Notes: a model not told the origin generated them from the sequence alone. Shown: positions 1 through 9,601, numbered from the stretch's first letter. The stretch is DNA of 64,000 nt from an uncultured Verrucomicrobiae bacterium (GCA_963756875.1 CAVWPA010000001.1:640001-704000), one strand, 5' to 3'. Program-made: numbers and translations.

Positions 1-2101
1 GTAAGCTGCAGGCCGCGCTCGACGAAATAAAGCGGCGCGTCGTGGAATTGGAGAGCGGCAAGGAGGCCCGCGCTGCGCAGCCTGCGTCACCAAAGCACGC
101 CATCCCGCCGCCGCTGCCCGCTTTCCTAAAGCCGCCGCCACCTTCTCCTGCGGTGCCCAGGACTCCTGTGCCGCCGCCGGCGAACGCGATCAACTGGGAG
201 TCAATCTTTGGCGTCAAGTTGTTCGCCTGGGTTGGCGGACTCGCCCTGTTTCTCGGCGTCGTTTTCTTTGTGAAGTATGCGTTTGAAAACAATTTGCTTA
301 CGCCGCTGATGCGAATTGTCGGCGGTGCCGCCGCCGGAACGTTGCTCGTAGGGATCAGCATCTTTCCCGCGGTGAGGCGGTATCGCGTTCCTGCCCAAAG
401 CCTTTGTGCGACCGGTCTGCTGATTCTCTATGCGGACGCTTATGCGGCGTAACTCTCTACGGTCTGATTTCTCTCACCACGACCATGCTTGTGATGTGGC
501 TTTTGACCGGGTTTGCGCTTCTTTTGGCGACCCGACTCGATGCGCACAGCGTGGCGTGGCTGGGTGTGATCGGCGGGTTTCTTACTCCCGTGCTGCTCCG
601 GACAAAGTACACGAACCCGGTGGCGCTCTTTGCGTACATCGGCGTCTTAGATTGCGGGATCGTTCTGGTGGCCGCTCTAAAGCGCTGGAATTATCTCGTG
701 CTTCTCGCAGCAATGGGCTCAGTGCTGATCGAGTGCGGCTGGGTAGAGCAGTCATTTGGCCCGGCGCCACCGCAAGCTGCGCGGGTAATCTTTCTAGCGA
801 TCGAGGCGTTGTTCCTGGCTATTTGCATCGCACGCCGGGTAACCAAGGCCGAAGAAAGTTGGAGCGCCGGTGCGGCTGCACTAACGGGCTTTGCGACGCT
901 TATTTTCTGCTTCGCCAAGTTCGCCAATCCTCCGGAGCCCGGCTGGCAATTCTTTTTTCCCATGCTCTTCCTCGGCAACGCCGGCTTGATTGCCGTCGCA
1001 GCCATGGCGCGCGCCAAACGAGAATCACAACCGATGGCCGCGATGATCGCGTTTGCGCTTGTCTTTAGCTGGTTCACCGAATGGGCCGCTGGGGCGCAAA
1101 TGTTTGGAAGCCATCACCCATTTGTCGCGATCGCATGGTATGTCGCTCTCCTTTTGTTGTTCGCCGGCTTGCCTTATTTCTGCGGCACGGAGCGATTCTG
1201 GCCGTGGCTCATCGGCGCCATTGCCGGTCCGCTTCAATTCTGGTTCGTCTATCAGTTCATGCATGTGCGTTTTCCGAATGCGGTCAATGCGCTTCTGCCA
1301 ATCGCCTTCGCACTCCCGGCTGCGGCAGGAGTTGCGTATCTGATTAAAGTGAAACGGATCGATCTTGGCTCTGCTGATGCGCGTCTGGCTACGCAGGGTG
1401 CAGCCGTCCTGGCTTTCGTGAGCCTCGTATTTCCCGTCCAATTTGAGCGCGAATGGATCACGCTCGGCTGGGCCATTGAGGGCGTCGCGCTGATTTTCCT
1501 CTACCGCTGGATCCCGAATCCCCGCCTGCGCGCTGTCGCGCTCATCGTCTTTTGTGCGGCCTTTGCGCGTCTCGCGTTAAATCCGGCGGTTTTGGAATAT
1601 CATCCGCGCACCCATGTGCCGGTTTGGAACTGGTACCTCTACGCGTACGGATTGGCCGCGCTTTGCTTTTTTGCGGGTGCCCGCTGGTTTAGCGCTCCGG
1701 GTGCAAAGCTTTATGAACGCCGGGCACCTTTCGGGCTCTACGCGCTAGGTGGAATCGTGCTTTTCCTCCTTATGAATATCGAGATTGCCGATTATTTCTC
1801 GATTGGTCCGACACTGACATTTTCGTTTCAGGGAGATTTTGCCCGGGACATGACGTACACGATCTGTTGGGCAATGTTCGCTTTCGCCCTGCTTTTAATT
1901 GGAATGCTGAAAAATGCGCAGGCCGCGCGGCTTGCCGCTATTGCCCTTCTTTGCGCGGCACTCGCCAAGTTGTTCCTGCACGACCTCGATAATTTAAGTC
2001 AACTTTATCGCATCGGCGCTTTCGTCACGGTAGCGATCATCGCGATCGTGGCTTCGTTCGTCTACCAGCGCTTTCTTTCGCCCAGCACGAAAGGAAGTTA
2101 G
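1..2101 (+). CDS. DUF2339-like polytopic membrane protein; 5'-partial, frameshift near 450
   Basis: Open frame from window start with 'WESIFGVKLFAWVGGLALFLGVVFFVKYAF', continuing in ORF 404-2101 with many TM helices and a 'KLFLHDL...YRIGAF' C-terminus typical of the family. Confidence 0.75.
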
Positions 2102-2166
2102 AGGACTAGAAACCCAGCCCGAGATTTTCCTTTCGTAAATCCCGAGACGTTGTTGTTTGTTCGCCG

Positions 2167-3762
2167 ATGCCTCCGGCACAAGATCAGCGAGTCAGTACCC
2201 GCGCGACGGGGGTCGTCGGGATCGCGATCCTTTGCAGTCGCGTCCTTGGCCTGGTTCGCGAGACGGTTTTTGCCGGTCTTTTCGGCGCGGGACGAAATCT
2301 CGACGCGTTTCTGATGGCGTTTCGGTTGCCAAATCTGCTGCGCGATTTATTTGCCGAGGGCGCGCTTTCCACGGCTTTCATTACGACTTTTTCACAGAAG
2401 ATCGCTGTCGAAGGCGATGAATCGGCATGGCGGCTGGCAAACAAGGTCGCAACGCTCACCGCTGTCTTCATGAGCGTGGTGACATTGCTCGGCATCGCGT
2501 TCGCGCCGCAACTTATTGACCTTCTGACGTGGGGAGCCTGGTCTCCTGACAAGACCGCGCTAACGATTCTGCTCACCCGAATCATGTGGCCGTTCATGCT
2601 GCTCGTATCGCTGTCGGCGCTCGCGATGGGGATGCTCAATGCAAAGCATGTCTTTTTCATTCCGGCGATGGCGTCGAGTTTCTTTAATCTTGGTTCCATC
2701 GTCTGCGGCGTGGCGATTGGTTGGTGGCTCGATCCGCATTTCGGCGCGCGCGCGCTCATCGGCCTGGCCACTGGGACACTCGTCGGCGGCACATTGCAAT
2801 TAACGTCGCAATTCCCGGCGGTATGGAAGGTCGGCTTTAGATTTCGCGCCAACTTTCAATGGCGCGATGAAGGAGTGCGCACGGTGCTCGGACTGATGGG
2901 CCCCGCGGTGATTGCTGCCAGCGCGGTGCAGGTGAACGTGCTGGTCAATAGCGGTTTTGCCGCCAGTCTTGGCAACGGTCCTGTAAGCTGGCTGAGCATT
3001 GCATTTCGGCTGATGCAGCTGCCCCTTGGAATTTTTGGCGTCGCGATCGGTACCGTGACATTGCCGCTCGTTTCGAAAAGTGCCGCGGTCGGAAACATGG
3101 GTGATTTTCGTGCCATTCTCGCCCACGGGATGCGGCTCGCGTTTTTGCTCACCGTTCCATCGGCTGTCGGCCTCGCCATGCTTGCCGCGCCGATCATCAG
3201 CGTGATTTACGGACACGGAAGATTCAACGTCGAGATGACAAGACAGACGGCGGGCGCGCTCCGTTTTTACGCCATCGGCCTTGTTTCCTACTCGGTGCTC
3301 AAGGTGCTGACGCCGGCATTTTACGCAATCGGCAAACGCAAAACGCCTATGATGGTGAGCTTTCTTGCGATCGGCATGAATCTTTTCCTCAACTGGCTGT
3401 TCACGTTCCGGTTGGGCTGGGGGCATCGCGGCCTGGCCTTCTCAACAAGCCTCGTCGCGACCATTAATTTTCTTCTCCTTTACGCCCTGATGTGGCGGCA
3501 CACGCGCAGATTGGAAACGCATCGATTGTTGGTTGGTCTGGGCAAGATTTGCCTGGCCGGGCTGCTTCTCGGGCTTGTCTGCTGGGCGGCGAACTATTGG
3601 TGGCTCGATGCGTGGCAGCAGTTGCGTTTCGTCAAAAAGTTGTGCCTGCTCCTTGTGACTATTGCCGCTGGCTCGGCGACATTTTTCGGCGCGGCGTTTT
3701 TGCTGGGAGTGGATGAAGTGCGCGAGGTGCTCGATCTTGCGCGGCGGAGACTTCGAGCGTGA
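2167..3762 (+). CDS. murJ: Lipid II flippase MurJ (MviN)
   Basis: SRVLGLVRE, AFRLPNLLRDLFAEGALS, RLMQLPLGIFG motifs; 531 aa, multi-TM. Confidence 0.95.
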   Translation: MPPAQDQRVSTRATGVVGIAILCSRVLGLVRETVFAGLFGAGRNLDAFLMAFRLPNLLRDLFAEGALSTAFITTFSQKIAVEGDESAWRLANKVATLTAVFMSVVTLLGIAFAPQLIDLLTWGAWSPDKTALTILLTRIMWPFMLLVSLSALAMGMLNAKHVFFIPAMASSFFNLGSIVCGVAIGWWLDPHFGARALIGLATGTLVGGTLQLTSQFPAVWKVGFRFRANFQWRDEGVRTVLGLMGPAVIAASAVQVNVLVNSGFAASLGNGPVSWLSIAFRLMQLPLGIFGVAIGTVTLPLVSKSAAVGNMGDFRAILAHGMRLAFLLTVPSAVGLAMLAAPIISVIYGHGRFNVEMTRQTAGALRFYAIGLVSYSVLKVLTPAFYAIGKRKTPMMVSFLAIGMNLFLNWLFTFRLGWGHRGLAFSTSLVATINFLLLYALMWRHTRRLETHRLLVGLGKICLAGLLLGLVCWAANYWWLDAWQQLRFVKKLCLLLVTIAAGSATFFGAAFLLGVDEVREVLDLARRRLRA

Positions 3763-3763
3763 A

Positions 3764-3840
3764 GTGGAGGGACGACCGAAGCCTGCTCGCCGCGGCGAGT
3801 GTCGTCCCTAATTGGGACGTAACGGAGCACGTCCCTCCAT
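3764..3840. repeat. REP-like palindromic element between convergent genes, same family as those flanking the RAYT gene
   Basis: GGAGGGACGAC...GTCGTCCC...GGGACG...CGTCCCTCC; matches 32144-32203 and 32684-32737. Confidence 0.7.
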
Positions 3841-4955
3841 CAGGCCAACGCTTGATCGAGGTCGTCGATCAGGTCGTCCGCGTTTTCGAGGCCGATGGAT
3901 AGTCGCAGCAGCCCCTCCGGCGAAGTCGCTCCAGGGCCCTCAATCGATGCGCGATGTTCGATCAAGCTCTCCACGCCGCCAAGGCTGGTCGCCCGAATGA
4001 AAATCTTCGTTTTGGCTGCGACGCTCATTGCTGCTTCGCCTCCACCTTTCACTTCAAAGGAAAGCATGCCGCCGAACATCGACATTTGTTTTCGCGCAAT
4101 TGCATGGCCGGGATGCGACGGAAGACCGGGATAATGCACGCGTTCCACGCGCGGATGTTGCGCGAGAAAACTTGCAACCTTCATCGCATTTTCGGCGTGA
4201 GCGCGCATGCGCCATGGCAACGTGCGCATCCCTCTCAGAATCAACCAGCAATCAAAAGGTGAGGGGACCGCGCCGCCCGAATACTGAATCCGGCGAATCC
4301 GTTGGAAAAACTCATTATCAGTCTTTGTAACGACAATTCCGCCAAGGACGTCGCAATGACCGCCGAAGTATTTTGTGGTGGAATGGAGGATCAGGTCGGC
4401 GCCGAGATCGAACGGCCGTTGCAGGACCGGCGCCCAGGTGTTGTCACAAACGCAAATCGCGCCGCCGGCATGAACGATTTTTGCCACCGCGGCAAGATCG
4501 ACAATCTTCAGCAGCGGATTGGAAGGCGTTTCCATCCAGGCCAGCTTCGTCGTGGGCCGCAGAGCTTTCTTCACCGCCGCGAGATCGCTCATGTCGATAA
4601 AATCCGCCTCCAGTCCCCAGCGCAGAGAAATTTCGTGCAGCACGCGCGAGGTCCCGTAATACGCATCGACGTGTGCGAGAACGTGGTCTCCCGGTGCCAG
4701 CGCCTGAAAAATGGCCATGGTTGTTCCTGTGCCGGAAGCAAACGCCGCGGCGACCGCTCCGCCTTCGAGCGCGGCGACACCCTGCTCCAACGCCTGGCGA
4801 TTCGGATTATCGTTACGCGTGTACATGAATCCGCGGGAGTAAGTGCCTTCCACATCGCGCTCGAAAGTGGTGGAAAGGTAGATCGGCGAGGAGACCGCTC
4901 CGGTTGTCGGATCGACAGTATGGCCTGCGTGGACCGCTAGAGTTTCAATTTTCAT
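3840..4955 (-). CDS. Cystathionine gamma-synthase / gamma-lyase family PLP enzyme
   Basis: YTRNDNPNR, ETPSNP, DNT, HSTTKYFGGHCD (PLP lysine), SLGGVESL, RLSIGLE. Confidence 0.92.
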   Translation of the reverse strand: MKIETLAVHAGHTVDPTTGAVSSPIYLSTTFERDVEGTYSRGFMYTRNDNPNRQALEQGVAALEGGAVAAAFASGTGTTMAIFQALAPGDHVLAHVDAYYGTSRVLHEISLRWGLEADFIDMSDLAAVKKALRPTTKLAWMETPSNPLLKIVDLAAVAKIVHAGGAICVCDNTWAPVLQRPFDLGADLILHSTTKYFGGHCDVLGGIVVTKTDNEFFQRIRRIQYSGGAVPSPFDCWLILRGMRTLPWRMRAHAENAMKVASFLAQHPRVERVHYPGLPSHPGHAIARKQMSMFGGMLSFEVKGGGEAAMSVAAKTKIFIRATSLGGVESLIEHRASIEGPGATSPEGLLRLSIGLENADDLIDDLDQALA

Positions 4956-5018
4956 CCAGGCGCGACGTTAATTGATTTGATGCGTGCTTGTCGATCTTGC
5001 CTCTAACGAATTGCAGGT

Positions 5019-5097
5019 TGTAGCCACGGCGCTGTGCGCCGTCGGAGGACGGCTCGAATTCATGCAGCGGCAGACGCCCCACAGGGGCGTGGCTACA
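5019..5097. repeat. GTAG-type REP doublet (inverted pair)
   Basis: TGTAGCCACG ... CGTGGCTACA inverted ends with internal hairpins. Confidence 0.65.
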
Positions 5098-5182
5098 GGT
5101 TTCGATTTGACGACGCCGCGAGCACAGCGCAAATAGCAACTGCATTTCGCGACGGGATGTCCCAATTTTCAAACGCGTTTCC

Positions 5183-6445
5183 ATGACTATTTACGACGAC
5201 GAAATCTTCAAAATGGCCTGCGATCAGTTTCAGGTCATTGCCGATTACCTGAGCATCGACAAGAACGACCGCGAGTGGGCGACCTATCCCAAGCGCGCCG
5301 TCGCGGTGACTCTGCCGGTGCACATGGATGATGGCAGCACGAAAGCCTTCCAGGGGTATCGCGTTCAGCATCACATCGCGCTTGGCCCGACCAAGGGCGG
5401 AACGCGGTTCGCGCCCTCCTTGTCGATGGGTGAAACCGCGGCGCTGGCGATGTGGATGAGTTGGAAATGCGCGCTGGCCAGTTTGCCCTACGGCGGCGCA
5501 AAAGGCGGGGTGGCTGTGGATCCGTCCAAATTGTCGCACAACGAGCTCGAAGCCGTCTCGCGCAGGTACATGCAGGAGATGATTCCGTTCGTGGGTCCAC
5601 ACACCGACATCATGGGTCCGGACATGGGCACGAACGAACAAATCATGTCGTGGTTCATGGACACGTACTCAGTCTATCAAGGCTTTGCCGTGAACGAGAT
5701 TGTGACCGGTAAGCCGGTTTCTATTGGCGGGACGGAAGGCCGGCGCGAGTCCACCGGTCGCGGCGTCGTTTACCTGGTCGAGCGCGCCCTGAACATGCTG
5801 AAAATAGATCCTGAAAAGTGCACGGCCATCGTCCAGGGATTCGGCAATGTCGGCTCCGTCGCGGCCCTTTCGCTTGCTTACAAAAGCGGGGTCAAAGTCG
5901 TCGGCATCAGCGACGCGTATGCTGCGATTTACAATCCCAAAGGCATCGATATGCAGGCGGCCGAACAACACGTTATGAAAAAAGGATCCCTGAAGGCTTT
6001 TCACCAGGGCGACCACATCGACCCCGCCGAATTGCTTGTCCAACCCTGCGACATCCTGGTGCCTGCGGCGGTCGACCGAGTGATCAACGAAAAGAACGCG
6101 GGCAAAATCAAGTGCCGCATTCTTGCCGAAGGCGCGAATGGGCCGACTACGCCGGAAGCCGATTTGATCCTCGAAAAACGCTTGGACGAGATTTTCGTGA
6201 TCCCGGACATTTTATGCAACGCCGGAGGCGTGATTGTTTCCTATTTCGAATGGGTGCAGGGGTTGCAGAGTTTTCTCTGGAGCGAAACGGAAGTAACGGA
6301 CAAACTTTTCCGCATTCTCGAGCACTCTTTCAGCCAGGTCATTCGCCGCGCGAAAGAGCATAAAATCTCGCACCGCACCGCAGCGATGGCCATCGGCGTG
6401 GAAAGGGTGCTCAAGGCCAAACAGATGCGGGGCCTCTTTCCATGA
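5183..6445 (+). CDS. gdhA: Glu/Leu/Phe/Val dehydrogenase (glutamate dehydrogenase)
   Basis: GPTKGGTRF, GGAKGG, GPDMGT, VTGKP, QGFGNVG, EGANGP, NAGGVIVSYFEW. Confidence 0.92.
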   Translation: MTIYDDEIFKMACDQFQVIADYLSIDKNDREWATYPKRAVAVTLPVHMDDGSTKAFQGYRVQHHIALGPTKGGTRFAPSLSMGETAALAMWMSWKCALASLPYGGAKGGVAVDPSKLSHNELEAVSRRYMQEMIPFVGPHTDIMGPDMGTNEQIMSWFMDTYSVYQGFAVNEIVTGKPVSIGGTEGRRESTGRGVVYLVERALNMLKIDPEKCTAIVQGFGNVGSVAALSLAYKSGVKVVGISDAYAAIYNPKGIDMQAAEQHVMKKGSLKAFHQGDHIDPAELLVQPCDILVPAAVDRVINEKNAGKIKCRILAEGANGPTTPEADLILEKRLDEIFVIPDILCNAGGVIVSYFEWVQGLQSFLWSETEVTDKLFRILEHSFSQVIRRAKEHKISHRTAAMAIGVERVLKAKQMRGLFP

Positions 6446-6446
6446 G

Positions 6447-7385
6447 ATGTTTTCGCATCGCGAAGAAACGCGGGAAAATCGACTGTTCGACGTTCTGACC
6501 GACGAACCGAACGGTCTGCGTCTCGTTGTGTCCCGGCTTGGCGCGGAGTTGATCAGCCTCGCGCGGCGAAGCGAATCTGGCGATTGGGTCGGGTTTCTTT
6601 ATCGCGACAACGACATTACTCCGCCGGCAACAGGCTGGGCGAACCACGCGACGGTGATGGGTTACTATCTCCATCGCCTCAAAAATGGACACAGTTTCTA
6701 TCGCGGCCGGGAAATCAAGGGTGGCAATCACGGTTTCCTCAGAACAAAGACGTGGTCGTTTGTCGAAGGTGAGGTTAAGAATGGCGCCTTAGCCTATCGC
6801 ATGATGCCGGCCGATTTTTCCAAAGCAGATTATCCGCTGAACGTCGGCGTTGATTTGAGCTACCAGATTCAGGGTTCGCAGGTGAATGTCGCGTTCAAAT
6901 TCCGGAATTACGAACCGGAATTGACTGCGCACGTTTCTTTCGGCTTGCATCCGGGCTTTGCTGCGACCTCGTTCGATTCGTTTCACTTTCGAATGCCGGC
7001 CGGGCGGTATCGCCGGCATTTTTCCCCTGACAATTACCTCTCGGGTGGGACAGAGGACGTCGATTTCGCCGGAGGCGAGATGCCTTTTCCGCGCGACCAA
7101 CTGAGCGGCTCGTTCATTCTTGAGTTCGTCGATGTGCCGGACCGTAATTTTGACTATGTCGATCCACCGACTGGCCGGTCAGTGACGATGGACCTTACTG
7201 GCGTGCCCTATCTCACCTTGTGGTCGGATGGCGGACCGTTTCTTTGTGTGGAACCGTGCTGGGGTCTTACCGATCATCACAGGCAGCGGGCGTTTGAAGA
7301 TAAGGAAGGAATTCAAACCATCGGTGCGGGCCAGGAGCTGCGCGCGAGCTTTACGATGCAACCGCGGCTTGAAATTTTGGAATAA
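6447..7385 (+). CDS. Aldose 1-epimerase (galactose mutarotase-like) family protein
   Basis: GAELIS, HGFLR, SFGLHPGF, FLCVEP motifs. Confidence 0.8.
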   Translation: MFSHREETRENRLFDVLTDEPNGLRLVVSRLGAELISLARRSESGDWVGFLYRDNDITPPATGWANHATVMGYYLHRLKNGHSFYRGREIKGGNHGFLRTKTWSFVEGEVKNGALAYRMMPADFSKADYPLNVGVDLSYQIQGSQVNVAFKFRNYEPELTAHVSFGLHPGFAATSFDSFHFRMPAGRYRRHFSPDNYLSGGTEDVDFAGGEMPFPRDQLSGSFILEFVDVPDRNFDYVDPPTGRSVTMDLTGVPYLTLWSDGGPFLCVEPCWGLTDHHRQRAFEDKEGIQTIGAGQELRASFTMQPRLEILE

Positions 7386-7387
7386 CG

Positions 7388-8368
7388 ATGCGTCTTGCCA
7401 CCATTCTTCCAGAGAACGGAACGGGGCCGGTCCCGGCGGTCTCCGTGGACGCTCATAATTGGGTGCCGCTCCATCCCTTCCTTCGTTTTTTTGGCGTAAA
7501 AGGGTTGCCGGAAGACCCGCTTGAGCCCCTGGAACTGTTTCTTCCGATCCTGATCCCGCGGTTCGCGGAGTTCACGCGGAAGGTGAACGACTGGCCGGAG
7601 CACGGCCGTGTTTTTCAAAAAAAGGGCGGCAAAACGGTGCGCGCGCGGAGATTTCTCCCACCGATCAACAAGCCGCCTACTTTTCGCGATTTCTACGGGT
7701 TCGAACAGCACGTGCGAAACACGCGGGCCCGGCGCGGACTCGACATGATTCAGACGTGGTATGAAATCCCTGTCTTTTATTTCTCCAACGCAAACTCGCT
7801 TGTAGGAAACGACGCTGGGATTTTTGCGCCGGCCGGGTCGAACGAGTTGGATTACGAGTTGGAACTTGGTCTTGTGATCGGCAAACCCGGACGCGACATT
7901 CCCGTGGAGCAGGCGTGGGATTATGTGGCGGGGCTTACCGTTATCAACGGCTTCAGCGCCCGCGATCTGCAGCGCGCGGAGATGGAGGTCGGCCTTGGAC
8001 CGGCAAAAGGAAAAGATTTTGCCACTGCGGTTGGGCCGGTGCTGGTAACGCGCGATGAATTTTCCGACAAGATCGACCGGGAGAGAATCTCCCTCGATAT
8101 GCGGGCGCGCGTAAACGGCCGCGAGCTTTCTCTCGGAAACAGTTCGACGTTGTTTCATTCTCTTCCAAGGATGATCGCGCACGCCTCGCGTGACGCAGAT
8201 CTGTTCCCGGGTGCGGTAATCGGCAGCGGCGCGATTGGCGCCGGTTGCATCTGGGAACTCGGTCCGGAAAATACCGGCGGCTGGTTGAAACCCGGCGACG
8301 TCGTCGAGCTTGAAGTCGAGCGGATTGGAACTCTGCGAACGACCATCACGTCGCGGCCGTCTGCGTGA
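7388..8368 (+). CDS. Fumarylacetoacetate hydrolase family protein
   Basis: RDFYGFEQH, PVFYFSN, LDYELELG, SARDLQ, KGKDFAT, GDVVELEVERIG. Confidence 0.9.
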   Translation: MRLATILPENGTGPVPAVSVDAHNWVPLHPFLRFFGVKGLPEDPLEPLELFLPILIPRFAEFTRKVNDWPEHGRVFQKKGGKTVRARRFLPPINKPPTFRDFYGFEQHVRNTRARRGLDMIQTWYEIPVFYFSNANSLVGNDAGIFAPAGSNELDYELELGLVIGKPGRDIPVEQAWDYVAGLTVINGFSARDLQRAEMEVGLGPAKGKDFATAVGPVLVTRDEFSDKIDRERISLDMRARVNGRELSLGNSSTLFHSLPRMIAHASRDADLFPGAVIGSGAIGAGCIWELGPENTGGWLKPGDVVELEVERIGTLRTTITSRPSA

Positions 8369-8389
8369 TTTCGCGCGGGCCGTGTACGC

Positions 8390-8482
8390 AAAAGGCCGCA
8401 CAGCGAAAGCAATTCGCGGTGCGGCCTTTTGTTCTGCGAATTAAGGAAACCGCATTGCGGGGTCGAACCACAATGCGGCCTC
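8390..8482. terminator. Two adjacent hairpins; probable bidirectional intrinsic terminator between the FAH gene and peptide gene 1
   Basis: AAAAGGCCGCAC...GTGCGGCCTTTT (8390-8430) and ACCGCATTG...CAATGCGG (8446-8482). Confidence 0.75.
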
Positions 8483-8495
8483 GTCGTTAGTCAGG

Positions 8496-8708
8496 TTAGT
8501 TCTTCGAAGCGCCACCGCCGAGGCTGGATGAGCCGCCGCCGAGACTGGAGGAACCGCCACCGAGGCTGGAGGAACCGCCGCCGAGGCTCGAGGAGCCACC
8601 GCCGAGGCTGGATGAGCCGCCGCCGAGATAATGTCCGCCGCCGCCTTTGGCATCCTTGGATGGTTTGAGGTCACGAACTTTGATGTTTTTCTTAGTCTTT
8701 TTAGCCAT
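8496..8708 (-). CDS. Secreted precursor peptide 1 (70 aa): basic double-glycine leader + GGHY(LGGGSSS)5LGGGASKN core
   Basis: ATG at 8708 after an A-rich spacer; MAKKTKKNIKVRDLKPSKDAKGG|GGHY...; 21-nt repeat with synonymous variation; paralog at 9419-9601; downstream of a C39 exporter. Confidence 0.85.
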   Translation of the reverse strand: MAKKTKKNIKVRDLKPSKDAKGGGGHYLGGGSSSLGGGSSSLGGGSSSLGGGSSSLGGGSSSLGGGASKN

Positions 8709-8725
8709 GTTGTTTTCTTCTTTCT

Positions 8726-8914
8726 TTATTTGTTTGGGTTTGTTGTTTGTGTTGGTTGAGTGGCACCGAGCAACAATTGAACGCCCGCCAACGATATTCT
8801 GTTTTGGAATCAGGTCGCCGGGCGGACCAATCTTTCCTTTCTGCGCTTTGGCCGCTGGCCGACTGCCTCTCCGGCGGGCGCATTTGTTTTGTTTTTGTTT
8901 TTCGGTGTGTTCAC
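8726..8914 (-). pseudogene. Probable third leader-bearing peptide, broken by two compensating 1-nt indels (or read errors)
   Basis: GTG 8914 MNTPKNKNKTNAPAGEAVGQRPKRRKERLVR / GDLIPKQNIVGG / RQLLLGATQPTQTTNPNK* (TAA 8726-8728); total length 189 nt is a multiple of 3; DL-x5-I-x-GG matches the other two leaders. Confidence 0.5.
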
Positions 8915-8928
8915 TTTCGACCGCCCTA

Positions 8929-8947
8929 TTACCACCATTCGTGCCAG
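8929..8947 (-). promoter_or_regulatory. Sigma-54-like -24/-12 box for peptide unit 1
   Basis: Minus strand CTGGCACGAATGGTGGTAA (GG-N10-GG instead of GC); near-identical to 9662-9680. Confidence 0.65.
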
Positions 8948-8988
8948 CTCTTTGCGGGTCCGAAAAGTTCACTGCGTTTCTTCTTCTA

Positions 8989-9001
8989 AATCAGGTAGTT
9001 A
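8989..9001 (+). promoter_or_regulatory. IHF-like binding site, unit 1
   Basis: AATCAGGTAGTTA fits WATCAR-N4-TTR; lies between -24 box and enhancer dyads. Confidence 0.55.
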
Positions 9002-9046
9002 CAAAACGAAGATTTCACAATTGCGTAAAATCAACGTCGCCACGAC

Positions 9047-9085
9047 GGTCTAATTATGAGGCCGGGCTGGTCTATTATTGAGGCC
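9047..9085. promoter_or_regulatory. Tandem dyad enhancer (UAS) candidate, unit 1
   Basis: GGTCTAATTATGAGGCC (9047-9063) and GGTCTATTATTGAGGCC (9069-9085), 22-bp period. Confidence 0.6.
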
Positions 9086-9119
9086 CCGCCCGGCGCAGAT
9101 GTGGCGCGTTTTTTGTAAA

Positions 9120-9275
9120 CGTGTTTCCTTGGCTCCTGGGCATGATCGCACCCCTTCCGCGACGCGGATCTCCTTGTCACGATTGGCCGCGGCGCCGTTG
9201 GCCGGCGACGTCGTCGAGCTGGAGATCGAGCGGATCACGCTGCAGACGAAGATCACGTCGCGTCCCTCTTTGTAA
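9120..9275 (+). pseudogene. Decayed duplicate of the 3' end of the FAH-family gene
   Basis: GDVVELEIERITLQTKITSRPSL* versus GDVVELEVERIGTLRTTITSRPSA* of 7388-8368; upstream ATGATCGC...GACGCGGATCT also aligns. Confidence 0.8.
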
Positions 9276-9322
9276 CGTTCCCCTGGGGCGGGTGTATGTA
9301 CACGTAGATCACAATGTACATA

Positions 9323-9412
9323 AAGAGCCGCACAGCGGATATATCGCGGTGCGGCTCTCTGTTCTGCAAATGATGGAAACCGCACTGCGGGATGGAACCG
9401 CAGTACGGTCTC
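9323..9412. terminator. Duplicated double-hairpin terminator downstream of peptide gene 2
   Basis: AGAGCCGCAC...GTGCGGCTCT and ACCGCACTGCGG...CCGCAGTACGGT, homologous to 8390-8482. Confidence 0.7.
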
Positions 9413-9418
9413 GTTTCG

Positions 9419-9601
9419 TCAATTACGTGATGCGCCGCCGCCGAGGCTCGATGCGCCACCGCCCAGGCTCGATGCGCCGCCGCCCAGGTTCTTGGAGCCA
9501 CCACCGAGGTGGTGAACTCCGTGGCCGTGCTGGCCGCCACCTGTGACATCTTTCTTCACTTTAAGGTCACGGACTTTGTTTTGCTTCTTTCCTTTTTTCA
9601 T
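9419..9601 (-). CDS. Secreted precursor peptide 2 (60 aa): basic double-glycine leader + GQHGHGVHH-LGGGSKN-(LGGGASS)2-LGGGASRN core
   Basis: MKKGKKQNKVRDLKVKKDVTGG|; AAGGA RBS upstream; paralog of 8496-8708. Confidence 0.85.
   Translation of the reverse strand: MKKGKKQNKVRDLKVKKDVTGGGQHGHGVHHLGGGSKNLGGGASSLGGGASSLGGGASRN

Noticed and set aside
8500..8640. Link between the peptide heptads and the genome's 7-nt repeats
   Set aside because: The peptide unit is 21 nt with synonymous variation and shares no sequence with the 7-nt arrays.
8429..8674. Arg-rich and Ala/Pro-rich ORFs in other frames of the 21-nt repeat (also 9121-9549)
   Set aside because: Shadow frames of the repeat; no leader, RBS or promoter context.
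8496..8972. Single 158-aa ORF containing the Gly/Ser repeats
   Set aside because: It runs through the promoter box; the paralog at 9419-9601 shows the real start is the ATG at 8708, and the upstream part is better explained as a separate indel-broken peptide.
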